Source: Vicugna vicugna | Lineage: Eukaryota | DNA: 60,000 nucleotides | Reading direction: 5' to 3' | Assembly (NCBI GenBank): GCA_013265495.1 | Contig: MU058059.1 | Coordinates: forward strand, 3,635,502 to 3,695,501 | In this document: positions 12,751-24,808 of the stretch, one piece after another | How the letters are laid out: the number at the start of each line of letters is the position of its first letter | Position numbering within the stretch: the stretch's first letter is position 1 | The notes under the pieces: model-generated | The model's input: only the letters and a program-made list of their open reading frames with translations | Databases searched by the model: none | What the model was told of the DNA's origin: nothing | Made by a program: the position numbers and the translations under genes

Positions 12751-13341
12751 ATGGCGTCCGCCTCCGGGGCCGTGGCGAAGCACGAGCAGACCCTGGTCCT
12801 CGACCCGCCCACAGACCTCAAATTTAAAGGCCCCTTCACAGATGTAATCACTACAAATCTAAAGTTGCGGAATCCATCGGATAGAAAAGTGTGTTTCAAG
12901 GTGAAGACTACAGCGCCCCGTCGGTACTGTGTGCGGCCCAACAGTGGGATTATCGACCCGGGCTTGACCGTGACTGTCTCAGCAATGCTGCAGCCTTTCG
13001 ACTACGACCCCAACGAGAAGAGTAAGCATAAGTTTATGGTACAGACCATTTTCGCCCCACCGAACTTTTCAGATATGGAAGCTGTGTGGAAAGAGGCAAA
13101 ACCCGATGAATTAATGGATTCTAAATTGAGATGTGTATTTGAAATGCCCAATGAAAATGATAAACTGAATGACATGGAGCCTAGCAAAACGGCGCCCCTG
13201 AACGCCGCGAAACAAGACGGGCCGCTGCCCAAGCCGCACAGCGCTTCCCTCAGCGACACGGAGACCAGGAAGCTGATGGAGGAGTGCAAGCGGCTGCAGG
13301 GGGAGGTGCTGAAGCTGTCGGAGGAGAACCGGCACCTGAGG
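12751..13341 (+). CDS. VAPA: Intact intronless VAPA exon 1-5 coding frame (197 codons) ending at a GT donor. Spliced to exon 6 it gives 249 aa; unspliced it reads to the stop at 13380 (209 aa, no TM anchor).
   Basis: ORF 12751-13380 [29 protein letters not shown]...[18 protein letters not shown] (VAP consensus), with no frameshift or stop. Expression is unknown. Confidence 0.8.
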
Positions 13342-13890
13342 GTGAGTGCGCCGGAGGCTGTGCCTGCCTGTCCTGCTTAGCTTTATCCTCTTGCAGTTCT
13401 GTTTTCTTCCCCCAGTTTGATCACGTCCTGGTTGCGGTGCCCCACCCCTAGCCAGAGCCCACAAACCGTCAGAAGAGCCAGTACTGCACATGAAGCAGTG
13501 TGAGATCAGGTGGACTCTTGGTCGGTGTTAGTGAACACACTGGAGGAATCAGAGTGGGTGCGTAAGCATGAGCTTGCGCCAAGGAGGTGGAAGCCCTGCC
13601 CTGCCGTTCCTCTGGTCGGGGTCTGCGCCCGATGAAGCCAGCTGCCCCGGCAAATGGGCGTCATCACTCTCCCCATGGTCATTCTATACCTGCTAAGTGT
13701 CGTAACAGCCTCCTACTTCAAATGACAGCTGTTTTCTTGATGAGAGACCTTGCCCCGAAAATCATGGACTGTCAGAGACTTTGCCGTGTGAAAACGTATC
13801 AGTAGGAGCAGAGCAGCCCACTCTCGCCGGGGGGTGGGCCGCAGTCACCGATGCAGACACAGCCCCCCTCCCCAGTCCAGCAGCAGAACC
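13168..13890 (+). repeat. Copy 2 of the 723-bp direct duplication
   Basis: Ends ...cagcagcagaacc at 13890 exactly as copy 1 does at 12607; unique intron sequence then resumes (tcacaggc...). Confidence 0.95.
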
Positions 13891-14314
13891 TCACAGGCAG
13901 GTTCTGCACCCCGCACCCCAGTCTCCGTGTCTGTAGTCTCCACGAAGCAGGATTCTGTCTCCTCTGCCGCCCAGACCCAGCGCTGGCCCTCAGACACACA
14001 CGCAGCCCTCCTGCTTGACTCTGAGCGTGTCACAACGCGGTGTTTCTGCTTCATCCTGAACCTCTCTCTCCCCCAAGCCCTGTAAAGTCCTGTCTCTTCC
14101 TTGTGCCTCTGCTGGGCAGGTGCCCTGATGGCAGTGAGTCGGTAAACCGACCTCCGGCCGCCTTTGCCCTGGCTTTGTTTCCGGGCGTCTTTGGCTGATG
14201 GGGCTAGGGTAGGTGTGGCCCGTGTGAAGATGCCGCGGCCCGCCTGGGAGGTGGCGCCTGCACAGACCTCTTCTTTAACTGTGTTAATCTTAGGGGTGTA
14301 TTTCTCAGTTCCGC

Positions 14315-14540
14315 TTTTTAAAATCAGCATTACTGAGATGTAATTTACATTCCGGAGACACCCATTGTGAATGTGTGTACAGTTCAGTGAGTTTAGTAAA
14401 TTTACAGAGTTGTGTAGCAATCACTAGGACCCAGTTTTAGAATATTTCTTTTGAGCTAGAAGGTTTCTCAGGCCGGCTCGCAGCTGATCCCTGTCCCTGG
14501 CCCCAGTCGTGTGCGTACTAGTCTGCTTTCTGTCTGCAGA
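14315..14540 (-). mobile_element. Old L1 (L1MB-like) 3'-end fragment in intron 5
   Basis: ttactgagatgtaatttaca...gtgtacagttcagtgagttt...gttgtgtagcaatcact motif. Confidence 0.55.
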
Positions 14541-14608
14541 TCGTTAGCTCAGTAGCCTTACACGTGTTTGTTCTTCAAACCTCTTTATGTGTGTGTATTT
14601 TTTTCTAG

Positions 14609-14767
14609 GATGAAGGCTTAAGGCTCAGAAAAGTAGCACATTCGGAAAAACCTGGATCAACCTCAGCTGCGTCCTTCAGAGAGGACGTCACCAGCCCCCT
14701 TCCTTCACTTCTTGTTGTAATTGCAGCCATTTTCATTGGATTCTTTCTAGGGAAGTTCATCTTGTAG
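14609..14767 (+). CDS. VAPA: VAPA terminal coding exon 6 (DEGLRLRK...[19 protein letters not shown]), C-terminal TM anchor
   Basis: ttttctag acceptor at 14607-14608, TAG at 14765-14767, hydrophobic tail anchor with a GxxxG motif. Confidence 0.96.
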   Translation, partial: DEGLRLRKVAHSEKPGSTSAASFREDVTSPLPSLLVVIAAIFIGFFLGKFIL

Positions 14768-15365
14768 AGTGGCGCATGCAGAGTGCTGTTTCTTTTTTTC
14801 CCTTTTGACCAGAAAAAGATTTGTTCACCTGCCATCTCACTGGTAGTGTGGCCCACGGTGACCATTTGTGTGTACAGCGTCATATAGGCCTCGCCTTCAG
14901 TGGTCTCTTACGGTTAGAAACACAGTCAGAACAGCGTGCTCGGCTCCGGACAGATTGTACGTCACAGACCATCACTAGCAGATGCCAGTTGCACATTCAG
15001 TCCTGTATGAAATTCATAAGTAAAGAATTGTTCTTTCTTTGTGGTTTTAATAAGAGTTCAAGAATTGTTCAGAGTCTTGTAAATGTTATTTTAATAATCC
15101 CTTTAAATTTTATCTGTTGCTGTTACCTCTTGAAATATGATTTATTTAGATTGCTAATCCCACTCATTCAGGAAATGCCAAGAGGTGTTCTGCGGGGAAA
15201 TGGTGCCTCTTACAGTGTAAATTTTCTCCTTTACCTTTGCTAATATCATGGCAGAATTTTCTTACCCCTTGTGAGGCAGTTGTTGACTGAGTTTTTCATC
15301 CTTACAATCCTGTCCCATGGTATTTAACATAAAAATAATAAAACTGTTAACAGATTCTTGCTCGA
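14768..15365 (+). other. VAPA: VAPA 3'UTR (proximal part)
   Basis: AU-rich sequence between the stop codon and AATAAA; the end coordinate is approximate. Confidence 0.7.
15337..15342 (+). terminator. Polyadenylation signal AATAAA
   Basis: AATAAA followed about 30 nt later by a GT-rich element (tgtttgtgtctgtcgtgtc). Confidence 0.7.
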
Positions 15366-18300
15366 TAGCTTGTTTGTGTCTGTCGTGTCTTTAGTCGGGA
15401 AACCAGGGTGCACTGTGTGGTGATTTGAGTTATAAAATGCGTAATTTATCTTACCTTTCGGATATTATAGTGTCTGTGGTTAAAAGCCCTCGTTCTGTTA
15501 AGGAAAGGAATTGATAAAATTTCAGGCGGTTTTTGGTGTTTTGGAAGGTCATAATCCATTTATCTTCAAGGTGATATGAAACAAGTACCATGAGAATCGA
15601 AGTGTGTAGTTTCAGTCAGCTTGCGTGTCTGCCCTGTGGCTCTGTCGCGTCTGCTTTTCCCCGTTCTTAGCAGGGTCTTCCAGTGTTGTCTCAAGGAAGG
15701 TTAGTTCTCCCTGGTTCTAGTTACTGCTTTCTGACCAGCCTAATTGTTCTCCTACAGCGTTTATGCATAGTAGTAGTTACAAGTAGGGTTCTTCCCTGTC
15801 TAGTTTGACACTCAGATTCCCATTATGGAAATTTGGCGTTACTGAACTCAGTGTAAAGCCTTGGGAGTTTCTTTGTGAAACGTGACTTTATCCTTTCCAA
15901 ATCTGTCTGGTAACCATGTGAAGCAGGTTTTCAGTCTCAATATGCCTTTCTGGGGTCTGATAGACTTTCCTGCACTTAGTCTTGTGTCTTCATTTAATTT
16001 GTACCGGCATGGAACATTTTGGAGCCAGGGAAGATGTTCATTTTTTCTAAGTAGAATCTAATACAGGTGAATTTTGGTTTTTGAAAATATGTGTTGGCTT
16101 TGTAAAAGATGCACTTACATCTGAAAGGGAAATTGGATGTTGGGACCTGACTTGGTGCGGTGAAGTATGTTAGGCCCAGGTCTGCGTGTCCATCACATAA
16201 AGGAGTGAATGGTCTGGTAAATTTTGGTTGCGTTTTCATTTCAGGTATGTTTTGGGTTTGTTAGAGCCCATAGACTGCACGTGTGCAGGGGTCACCGCGC
16301 AGCCGCAGTCCGGCCCGTGCACTCCGGCGCGGCCGCAGGGCGCGCAGTGAGACGTGCTTCGTGCTCCGGTAGCTGGAAAAGCAGGTGAGAAACGGGCCTG
16401 CGTCTTCATCCCGTCAGTGCGGGGTCAGTGATTCCTTGGCTTAGAACTCTATGTAATCAGTGTTATTGGTGATGGGTGTCCAGCTTCATACTTCATAGCT
16501 CTCGATTTTTTTTAAGTTCAAGTTCTCAAATGTAGCACAGTCCTGTTTTGTGGGGATGCTGCTTAGAGTTCACCGTGTGGACCCCGTTGTTTTCTGGTTG
16601 AGGAATCTGAGGCCTTTACGAGAGTTGAGAGAGCTTTCCTCGTGTCTCACGGGTGGATAGAGGCAGAGCTGGCCCTAGAAATCTCTCCTGAATCCACTGT
16701 AGCGTCTTTCTCTGGTGACTTTGTAGAGAAAAAAATTTACCCTAATTTGACATGACTGAAATAATGAAGGTAAGATGCTGTTTGATAAGCACGTGTGAGA
16801 TCCCCGTCGTCGTAAGACGGTCCTGCAGGCTGTGGAGTTGTCTCGGGCGTGTCCGCATGCAGGGAAGAGGCTAGAAATCTCGCTCCCAGCTGGTGGTAAG
16901 TAACCGTTGTGAAGTACAGTGTCTTTTTAGGTAGGCATTTTACAGAATGCGTAATGCATGGATAGTTTTTGGGGAGAGTGTGGTCTGGGTAGCACCTGCA
17001 AAATGAAGCTTTCCCGGGCTTAACAGCTTTGCCTGTCAGGAGACGCTCCGACTGTGTCGGGGACTTTGACGGCTGTGGGAAGCGTGATCCAGTCACTTCA
17101 CCAGCGGTGACTCTAAGGGTCCAGCTGTATTAATGGACTGATAACATACAGACTGAATTGTCTGTCTTCACTCCATGCGTGTTGAGGACGTTTTGCCTCG
17201 TCTGCCTGCTGACTCGTGAACGTGGGCATGAGGCAAGGCTGCCAGGGGACCGCGTCCCAGTCAGTAGGCCTTACGTTCCCCTGCGATGCGGCCCGCCTGC
17301 CCGCCCGCCCGCCTCCCGCTCCTCCTGCGCCTGGTGGACCTGGACTCTGCCCGTTCTTGCCTTTACAACAAATTTAAGAATTGTATTCTGAGTGTGGGGT
17401 ATGGCACCTTAAAGAAAGAGAAATGACACTTGAAAAAACTATGTATCAAATTCAGACATTCTGGTCAAAGAAAAAAAATCTTGATTTCTCCTTCAGTTGT
17501 CTCAGAAGTTCCCGAAGGTTGATATTATCTGCTGTGGGAATTACTTCTGGATTGTAGTCATTCAAAACATGCCACTTTGAGAACAAGTTTTATCAACAAG
17601 GTAAGAAGGAAAACAGTTCTTACAGTTTCGTTCCTAAACGTACTCCTTCGGCACTTTGAAAGCACTCCAGTGCCTGTTTTCCCAGAGCTTTGTGCACTCC
17701 TGTTCAGTGGTTTGGGTGTGTGCACAGGTTTTTGAAAATTGCCCTTTATGAGCGATGGGGAGAGATGGCTGGCTGTCGTGTGGAAGGACATCAGAATAAG
17801 GTAAATGATCTTCATATTCTAGCTTTCAGAGGAAATTAAACTATTGCGTGAATAAATAAACTTTAAAAATGTGGTGAAGTGTCATTTTCCTTTCTAAAAA
17901 ACTGAAAGGACTTCGGCAGAGCGTGATGGTTTGTGTATTAATGTCTGTCGGGCAGTAATAGCCAGTGACGGCCTGGGACTTGAGTCCTGGTGGCAGTCTT
18001 TTCTAAGCGACCGTGAGTTTAAGGGCCTTCGGCAGGAAAGGGGGCAGCTGCTTTTTCATTTCCTCACGTGAGAGCCCGCAGTGGTCCAAGCCCGGCTTCT
18101 GGAGAGTTCTCTGCAGACAGTGCGTCTTGGAAGAATGCCCAGCCTGCGGGGGATTGGTGCCGAGAAGTTTGAGCATCCATCCCTAAAGGGAGAGGCTTTC
18201 TCTTCCTGCATTTCTCATTGTAGAAATAATGTGTGCGTTTTAGGGGACTCGGGAAATTACGAAAAGCGATGCCACGGCCTGGCGTCCAGCAGCGCCGGCG

Positions 18301-21300
18301 TCTGCGCGCGTTTACGCCCATGCAGTACTGGTGCTGTCTAGGTGGGATGAGTTACAGACAGCTCTGTAGCCTGGGGTTTTTCCACTTAAGCTGATTTCTC
18401 TGATTTATGGAAAACCAAGTATAAACGACTGCAGAAATACCTGCTTTATTTTTATGATCACTTCTTTGTAAAGTTACAGATGTTTTACCTACAGTGTAAA
18501 GCTTGATTGGCCAGGTAACTCCCTTTCTAATTACACCCTCCTTTTACCACATTCCCTGTTCTCAAACTGAGTTTCTCGTTTTCCAGTTGATCTTGTATGT
18601 AACTCCTACCTTGAAAACAGGTGCAGGAGACCCCTCAAGTCACCGTTCATTTTGTTAGGTTTTAGCCGTGGTGCTCAACTGCGGCCGTGTGTTAACTCAC
18701 AACACTCTTAAAGTGACCTGACACCCGAACGGCGCCTGGCAGATGCTGCCTGAGCTGGTTTGGGGCGGAGACCCAGCATCCATTTGTTTAATCTGCAGGA
18801 GACAGCTGCTCTGTAGGCTTTTAAATGCTAAAGCCAGGCACAAAATAGGTTTCAGTAAGACCTGAGTCCTGCAGTGTAGAGAAACTGCATTTTCAGAATT
18901 CCTTGTATGTCAGTCTTAAAATAAGTTGCAGGAATTACCTTTAGGTGTTGCTTGTTGCAAGAGCTGTCTTAAAGGTTGCGATGTTAAAACACCAGTGAAG
19001 GTTTTTAACTTGCAAATAGATCTGAGCTTTCTGTGCAAAAAGAAGTGATTTGAGAAATTTTGTGGGATTCAGTTTTAATTACTAGTTTGCTGGCAGACAC
19101 CCAAAATGACGACCCACCTAAGGTTTATTTCACCCATCATGTATTTCTTAAAGCATAAAATGGTTTTGAAGGTGCTTGTGTCATGTGCCAGGTTTCATGT
19201 CCTCGGGTAATACCCAGGTCCTGTGGAATAGGTCCTGTTCTTACCGCCATCCTAGGGGACGGGTGGAGAGGCTTAGAGAAATCAGCCATGCTCAGGGTTA
19301 CAGAGCTGTAACAGGGCAGACGTCAGATCCCGATGGGCTGGGCCTGGATCCCAGGCTCTTAACCATGTCATCTACCATGCGAGGGGAGTGACTTGTGTCC
19401 TGTCCAAACCAGGTCTTTACAAAAAAAAAAAATTTCATGCTGCTTTGTGATGTCTTAGATGCAGTGTAAAGGCAGTTTGGTCGTCCCTCCGCGTCTGCGG
19501 GGGCCGGTGCCAGGGGCCCCCACGGAATCCAGAGTCCAGGGATACCCCACTCCCTTGTCCAGAAGGGCGGGGAAGTCAGCGCTCGTGTCCGTGGGTGTGA
19601 CGCCTGCAGGTACGGAGTGCTGACTGCAACACTTCTGTGTAGCATTTCCTTGTGGAACCTTTGGTCCTGGGTTGGTGAAGACTTCTTTTCTCACCTTTGT
19701 CTCCCAAAGAAGTGAGAAGAGGTAACTGCCTGTTAACAATCTCAGCTCTCGAACAAAACCAGCACGAGCATAACTAAACAGGTTTAGTAATCCAGAGTCT
19801 GTGGGACTCAGAGATGGTTCGTGTGAACTTCAAGGCTGGGGAGCAGCGTGTGACCTCAGTCTTTTCTATGTGGTTCTTAAAGATTCAATGATTATATAAA
19901 CCACGTGTCTGAAACCTGGTAATTTATGGTCTAAATTCTAGACACTGTTTATAGCTCTGCGAAGAACAGAGGAGGTAAGTAACGTGCACACTCAGGACCT
20001 TGTGGGAAAATACAGGTCCTTTTTAGGGGGAGAAATTGTTGACAACTAAGTTCTAAGAAAATTCTTGGAGAGTTGAGATTGCAAGTAATTGTCTATTTTA
20101 CATTACTGAGCAGGAAGGATTTCTCATTTTAGTACCTTCCTTGTTTCAAGCAGTAGGGGTTTGTCAGGAGTTATGATACAGTTTTAATATCGTGTTGGGG
20201 GGCAGACTTGTGTGCCATTTTAATCCAGGTGTATGTCCCTAAGTGTGTAATATGTAGATAAATATGTGAGGGTGTGTGTCACACTACTTTGAATTAGATT
20301 TAGGGAAATACTTCCCTTGAAAAATTGAGCTTGAAGGAGAACTGTTGAGAAGCCCAGGAGAGCTTTGCTGCAGAGTGGGTGCTGTTGTGTACTTTGCCAG
20401 AAACTAAGTTTTATGAAATGACTGAAATAAAATCAAGATTTTCTTTTAAAAGTTTAATGATCATGTTTAATTCATCAAGTGCATCCACATCTTCTCAAAG
20501 GAAAGATGCTCTTACACTCTGAGATTGCACCCCCAACCCCTGCCGTGGAATTGGTCAGCCGGGAGATTCCTCGTATGTTTTAAGAAATCGTGGTTTCTTA
20601 CCAAGATTCTTCATTCTGCAATGCAGACATACCTTCTTGAGGATCTTAATTTTTAATTGGGTGAAGTGTTCCTTTGTAAGACACGTGGGTGGAATTTCAG
20701 GGAGGTCTGGAATATGTATATGAAGGGTCTTGATGTGAACTTCATAAAGTGCTAAAAATTTGTGTTCATCCTCAGAACGCTTGCACAGCAAGGCGACGTG
20801 AGGGGACAGGGGCCGTTACTGAGGTCTTAGTGAGTCTTGTAACACCCGTGCGTTTGGTGGAGTTAGTAAATGGTACGCATATTCCCACAGGCAGTGTTCA
20901 AACTAGTTAAGTATGTAAACATTCTTTCCAGCCAATACTCCTACCTCTCGTCTCCAAAGCAGTGCACCGCAGCCAAGGACTGAGCCTCGCCGCGCCGCGC
21001 CCCGCCCCGCCCATGGCGGGGACAAGCTGGGCACCAGCCCGTGGCGGGCTTCTCTCCCCTTTGTGTCTCTTTTGCCCCTTTCCATGACATTGTCCTCAGC
21101 TTTAACGTTTTATTTCTCCATATTTGCTTTAGATGCTTTTGTTCAAGGGGTAAATCATCGAAGTCCCCTTTGTACGCTTCCCTGGTCGCGTTTCCCTGGC
21201 GGACACGCGCCTCAAGTTTATGTCCTTCTTGTCCGTGCGTCAGTCTCTTACCACGCGTGTGTGTGACTGTGTGTGCTGTACTTTCGTGCTTTAAAATGTG

Positions 21301-24300
21301 ACTTCCCTAGTCCTCCTGTCACTTACAAGTCCCTCCTTGGAGGCCCCACACTTCCCAGTACAGCCCTTGGCGTCCCGTGTGTCCGCAGGGCAGGGCGCCC
21401 TCTCCTCTGCCGGCGTGGACCCTGGAGGGACGTTGCCTGTCGCCGCCTTTGCAGGGTTGACACGGTGGCCCGACACCTGCCTGCCCCTCCTGCCGACGCT
21501 GCCCCTCTCACGGCCGGGCCTTGCTCTAGGGCTGAGGTACCAAGGCGGTCAGGACAGTTGGTCTGACAGGTGTCGCCCTCAGAGCCACCGGCTGTGTGCC
21601 TGTGTCCTACGCACACGTGGCCGTAGGAGGGAGCAGAGGAGGTCGAGGACGCGTGTTTATGCACAGGCTGCAGGCTGCGTGGATGCTCCTGTGTGTGTTG
21701 GGCGGAGGTGGTTTTTCTTGCATGTTTTGAAGATGCAGAAATGTCATAAAAATGGGCAACTCCTACTTTTGAAAAACTCAAGGCATGGAACACAGGGCTT
21801 GTGCCCCCACACGCAGAGATGTGCTGGCGCTGAGTTTTACCTGCAGTGCCCGTCACTCCCTGTCTTAAGCTTCTTCCGCCTTAGTTCCCGCACGGTCCCT
21901 GCGTTCATCTCAGTTGCTCACTTTCTCACAGAGGACAAGAACTTGGGGGCGTGGGCTCGTCCAGACTGGCCGGGGGCGGGGTGGGGGAGCGAGCTGGGTC
22001 CTGCCCCAGGCTTGGGTCTTTGCTGCACTGGGCTGCCCCCGACAGGAGGGCAGTGAAACCGTGAGACTGGCTTCATGGTGTTCAATTCAGTAAAAGCGAG
22101 AACTTGCTGTGGTCTCAGGCACTCTAAGGACTGGGAGTAGTAAATAAAAAATTTTCTGCTTTTGAGAATCTTGGCATCAAGAGCGACTCACTGCATCGTG
22201 GCTAGAAGCTGGGGTGTGGCTGCAACGTGGTTTCCGAATTCAAGGTATTTTGAAAGCCAGGCTCTTTATAGCTGGCCTTTCCGCCAGATTATCAGCTACA
22301 GGAGTGGTTTCTAGCATCACAGTGTCAGTTATGGAACGTGAGCAGCTTGGGAAGGAAGCGCTTACGACAAGCCTGGGGTCTGGGGTCACACCACGCCGTT
22401 ATAATTCGGCCTGGTCGCCCTGCTAGGTACCACCCAGGGCATCTTCTCTGCACCCGGCTTTCTCCTCCGTCAGGCGGGATCCTAGCCGTGTCTGAGGAGC
22501 AGAGCTCGGTGTGAAGAGGATGCTCGGGAAATGAGCAGTTGTTCCATTCTGAGTAAATGTCCAGACCCCACAGTCCTACAAGACTTGCCACCCCCGCTCA
22601 CCTGCTCCTTCCTTCTCTCCATCTTGCTGGTCTCTGGGGATTCACGGAACACTCCAGCACGTTGTAGGCTCGCAGGCTGTGTGTGCTGTGATCTCTGCCC
22701 GAGCGCTCCCCCTCTGTGCCCACGTGGCTCGGCATCACCTCCGGGAGGCCTTCCTGGGCCACCCTGGCTGGATTGAGCGCCCCCCCCACAACCGCCACTG
22801 CCGTCACCGTGTGCCCACTTCACCTGTGTTCTGTCTGCTCCTCCACCAGGATGGAGATTCCGTGGGATTTTGTACGTTTTGTTCACTGCTGTAGTCCCTG
22901 TGCCTGGGACAGACTGCATGTCGTAGGTGCTTAATGAATGTTGAGAGAAGCCTTGTGCATGCACCCGGGTTGACAACACAACGCGTGACCTGCTATGAAT
23001 TTTAGTTCACAGAGAACTCGGAAGCCCTGCCCTGGTTCCACACCCCTCCCCTTGAAGCTCCGACCCCAGCAGGACCCTTGCAGCCCCTCCACCTGCAGCC
23101 TCTGAGCAGCCTCTGGCCACCACACTGGCCAGATGTCCGCCTGTCGCTGGAGAAGACACTGCAGGGCGGGGGAGGGGCGCGCTCCTTCCTCGTTCTCGTG
23201 CCTCCTTGGAATCAGCCTTTCCTCTTCCGCTTGCACAGCGGTTCCTGGTCCCTGGAGCCCACCCTGCGAGGGGCCCACCTCTCCACCTGGCCCCGCTCAC
23301 GCCCGGGGACCGCACTGGCCAGTTCCCAGTTCCTGAAACTGTCCTCACCCCCTCTGCCACCCACACTCGCGCCTCTTCCTGGAGGTTGTCGCCACCAGGA
23401 CAGAAGCATCTCAAGAGCGTGGAGCGCAGCGGCCCTGCTCTGCACCACGACCTTCCATCTTCCATGCAGCTGAGGAGCCTCCCCTGGTGCCACGTTCCCC
23501 CCGTGAGCAGCTTTTGTCTCGTCTCCTCAATCAGCTTTGGCTCCGCCGTCCTGGATGATAATCCCTCTGCAGCCCTCTTTCCTCACCACCCTGTCCGGCA
23601 CACGCCCACCCCCTCTGGGTTCACAGGGCATGTTCTAGGTCCAGGGAAGTTTCCAGAAAGTGCAGACAGAGGTCTTTGGGTGGCTCGGGGCATCCCCATC
23701 CTTTTAGTTTAGGGCCCTTTTAGCATCGCACACAAGATGAGCATGTGTGTAAGATCAGACCATCTTGACTAGACGACGGAGCCACGCGGGCCTCGTGCCT
23801 GCTGGAGCTCAGGGGCCAGGCAGGCACCCACGTAACTGTGTGCCGTCGGCAGTCACTGGGAGTGAAGCAAGCCTTGGGCCTGGAGGGGAGGAGGGGCTTC
23901 CTGCGGGTTCTGGGCCCAGGCCCGGGGTAGGTGGCGTGGCTGGCATGGCCGGCGGGCATGCACCTGTGTGCTCTTGTGGAACTTTGTTTCCTCCCACCAG
24001 GGGAGATGGTGGTGACAGGGCTCAGAGGGTCCTGCCAGCCCCAAGGGGCGTGTCTGTGTTTGGCCCCAACCTCAGGAATGGGGGGAACGCGATTGGGGGG
24101 AGCAGGGCCCCTTCCTACCAGATGTGGCTCAGGCATTCCTGGGCAAGGCCCCTGGGAACAGCTTCCCTTCCCTCAGGAGTCACTGGGTGGCCTCAGGCTC
24201 TGCTCCAAAGGGCAGAGGAGCAGGCCTGGGCACCGAGACCCGCGGGCCGGGGCTCCAATGTGCAGCCCTGAGTTCTTTTGTCCATAAATGCTGGTTATTA

Positions 24301-24808
24301 CACGACATCGCTTTGTCTTAGGAAATTCTCCTCAAAATCTCAGCCCCAATATTTTTAACTCTTGTGATGTGTTGGAAGTAAGAATCACAAGACTTCCTTG
24401 GATTCGGGTAACACCTGTGCTTGGCACTCTTTCTAAAACTAGGTCAATAACTGCATTTGGTTTCCTAACCTCCGAAGCCTTGCCAGCTTTGTTCTGGCTA
24501 AATGGTACTGCTGGGTTTTAAGGTAAAGAGGGGTCTTGGAAGTGCTGTATGTCCTCCAGGGCCACCTGGCGGGTGCTCACCGTGGTCCCCAGGTGTCAGT
24601 GGGGTGGGGCTGTATCCCGCAGGAGGAAAGGGCTAACAGATCTTCTAAGAAGACTTGGGCGTGTTGTTTTAATTTGGCATCTCCAACACCCTGTCCCTCA
24701 GACGCTTTCATTTTTCTTGAGGTTAAGTGATAACCAACATTTCGTTTTTACTATTTAAAAGGGAGAGGCTGGCTGGCTCTCAAAATGAATGGTTGTAAAG
24801 TTTGACAC

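Larger units (their letters stand above)
12608..13890 (+). other. VAPA: 1283-bp semi-processed self-retrocopy of VAPA nested in its own intron 5 (5'UTR, exons 1-5 spliced, 549 nt of intron 5)
   Basis: Exon 3|4 and 4|5 junctions are precisely fused at 13086|13087 and 13167|13168 relative to the genomic exons in this window. A GC-rich 5'UTR-like segment lies at 12608-12750. Intron 5 restarts at 13342. Confidence 0.92.

Noticed and set aside
12608..13890. Ordinary L1-mediated processed pseudogene, or plain tandem DNA duplication
   Set aside because: It lacks poly(A), exon 6 and a short TSD, which argues against a normal retrocopy. It contains spliced exon junctions, which a plain DNA duplication cannot produce.
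14821..15243. 140-aa ORF after the VAPA stop
   Set aside because: It lies in the 3'UTR, starts at a non-ATG codon and has no recognisable domain.
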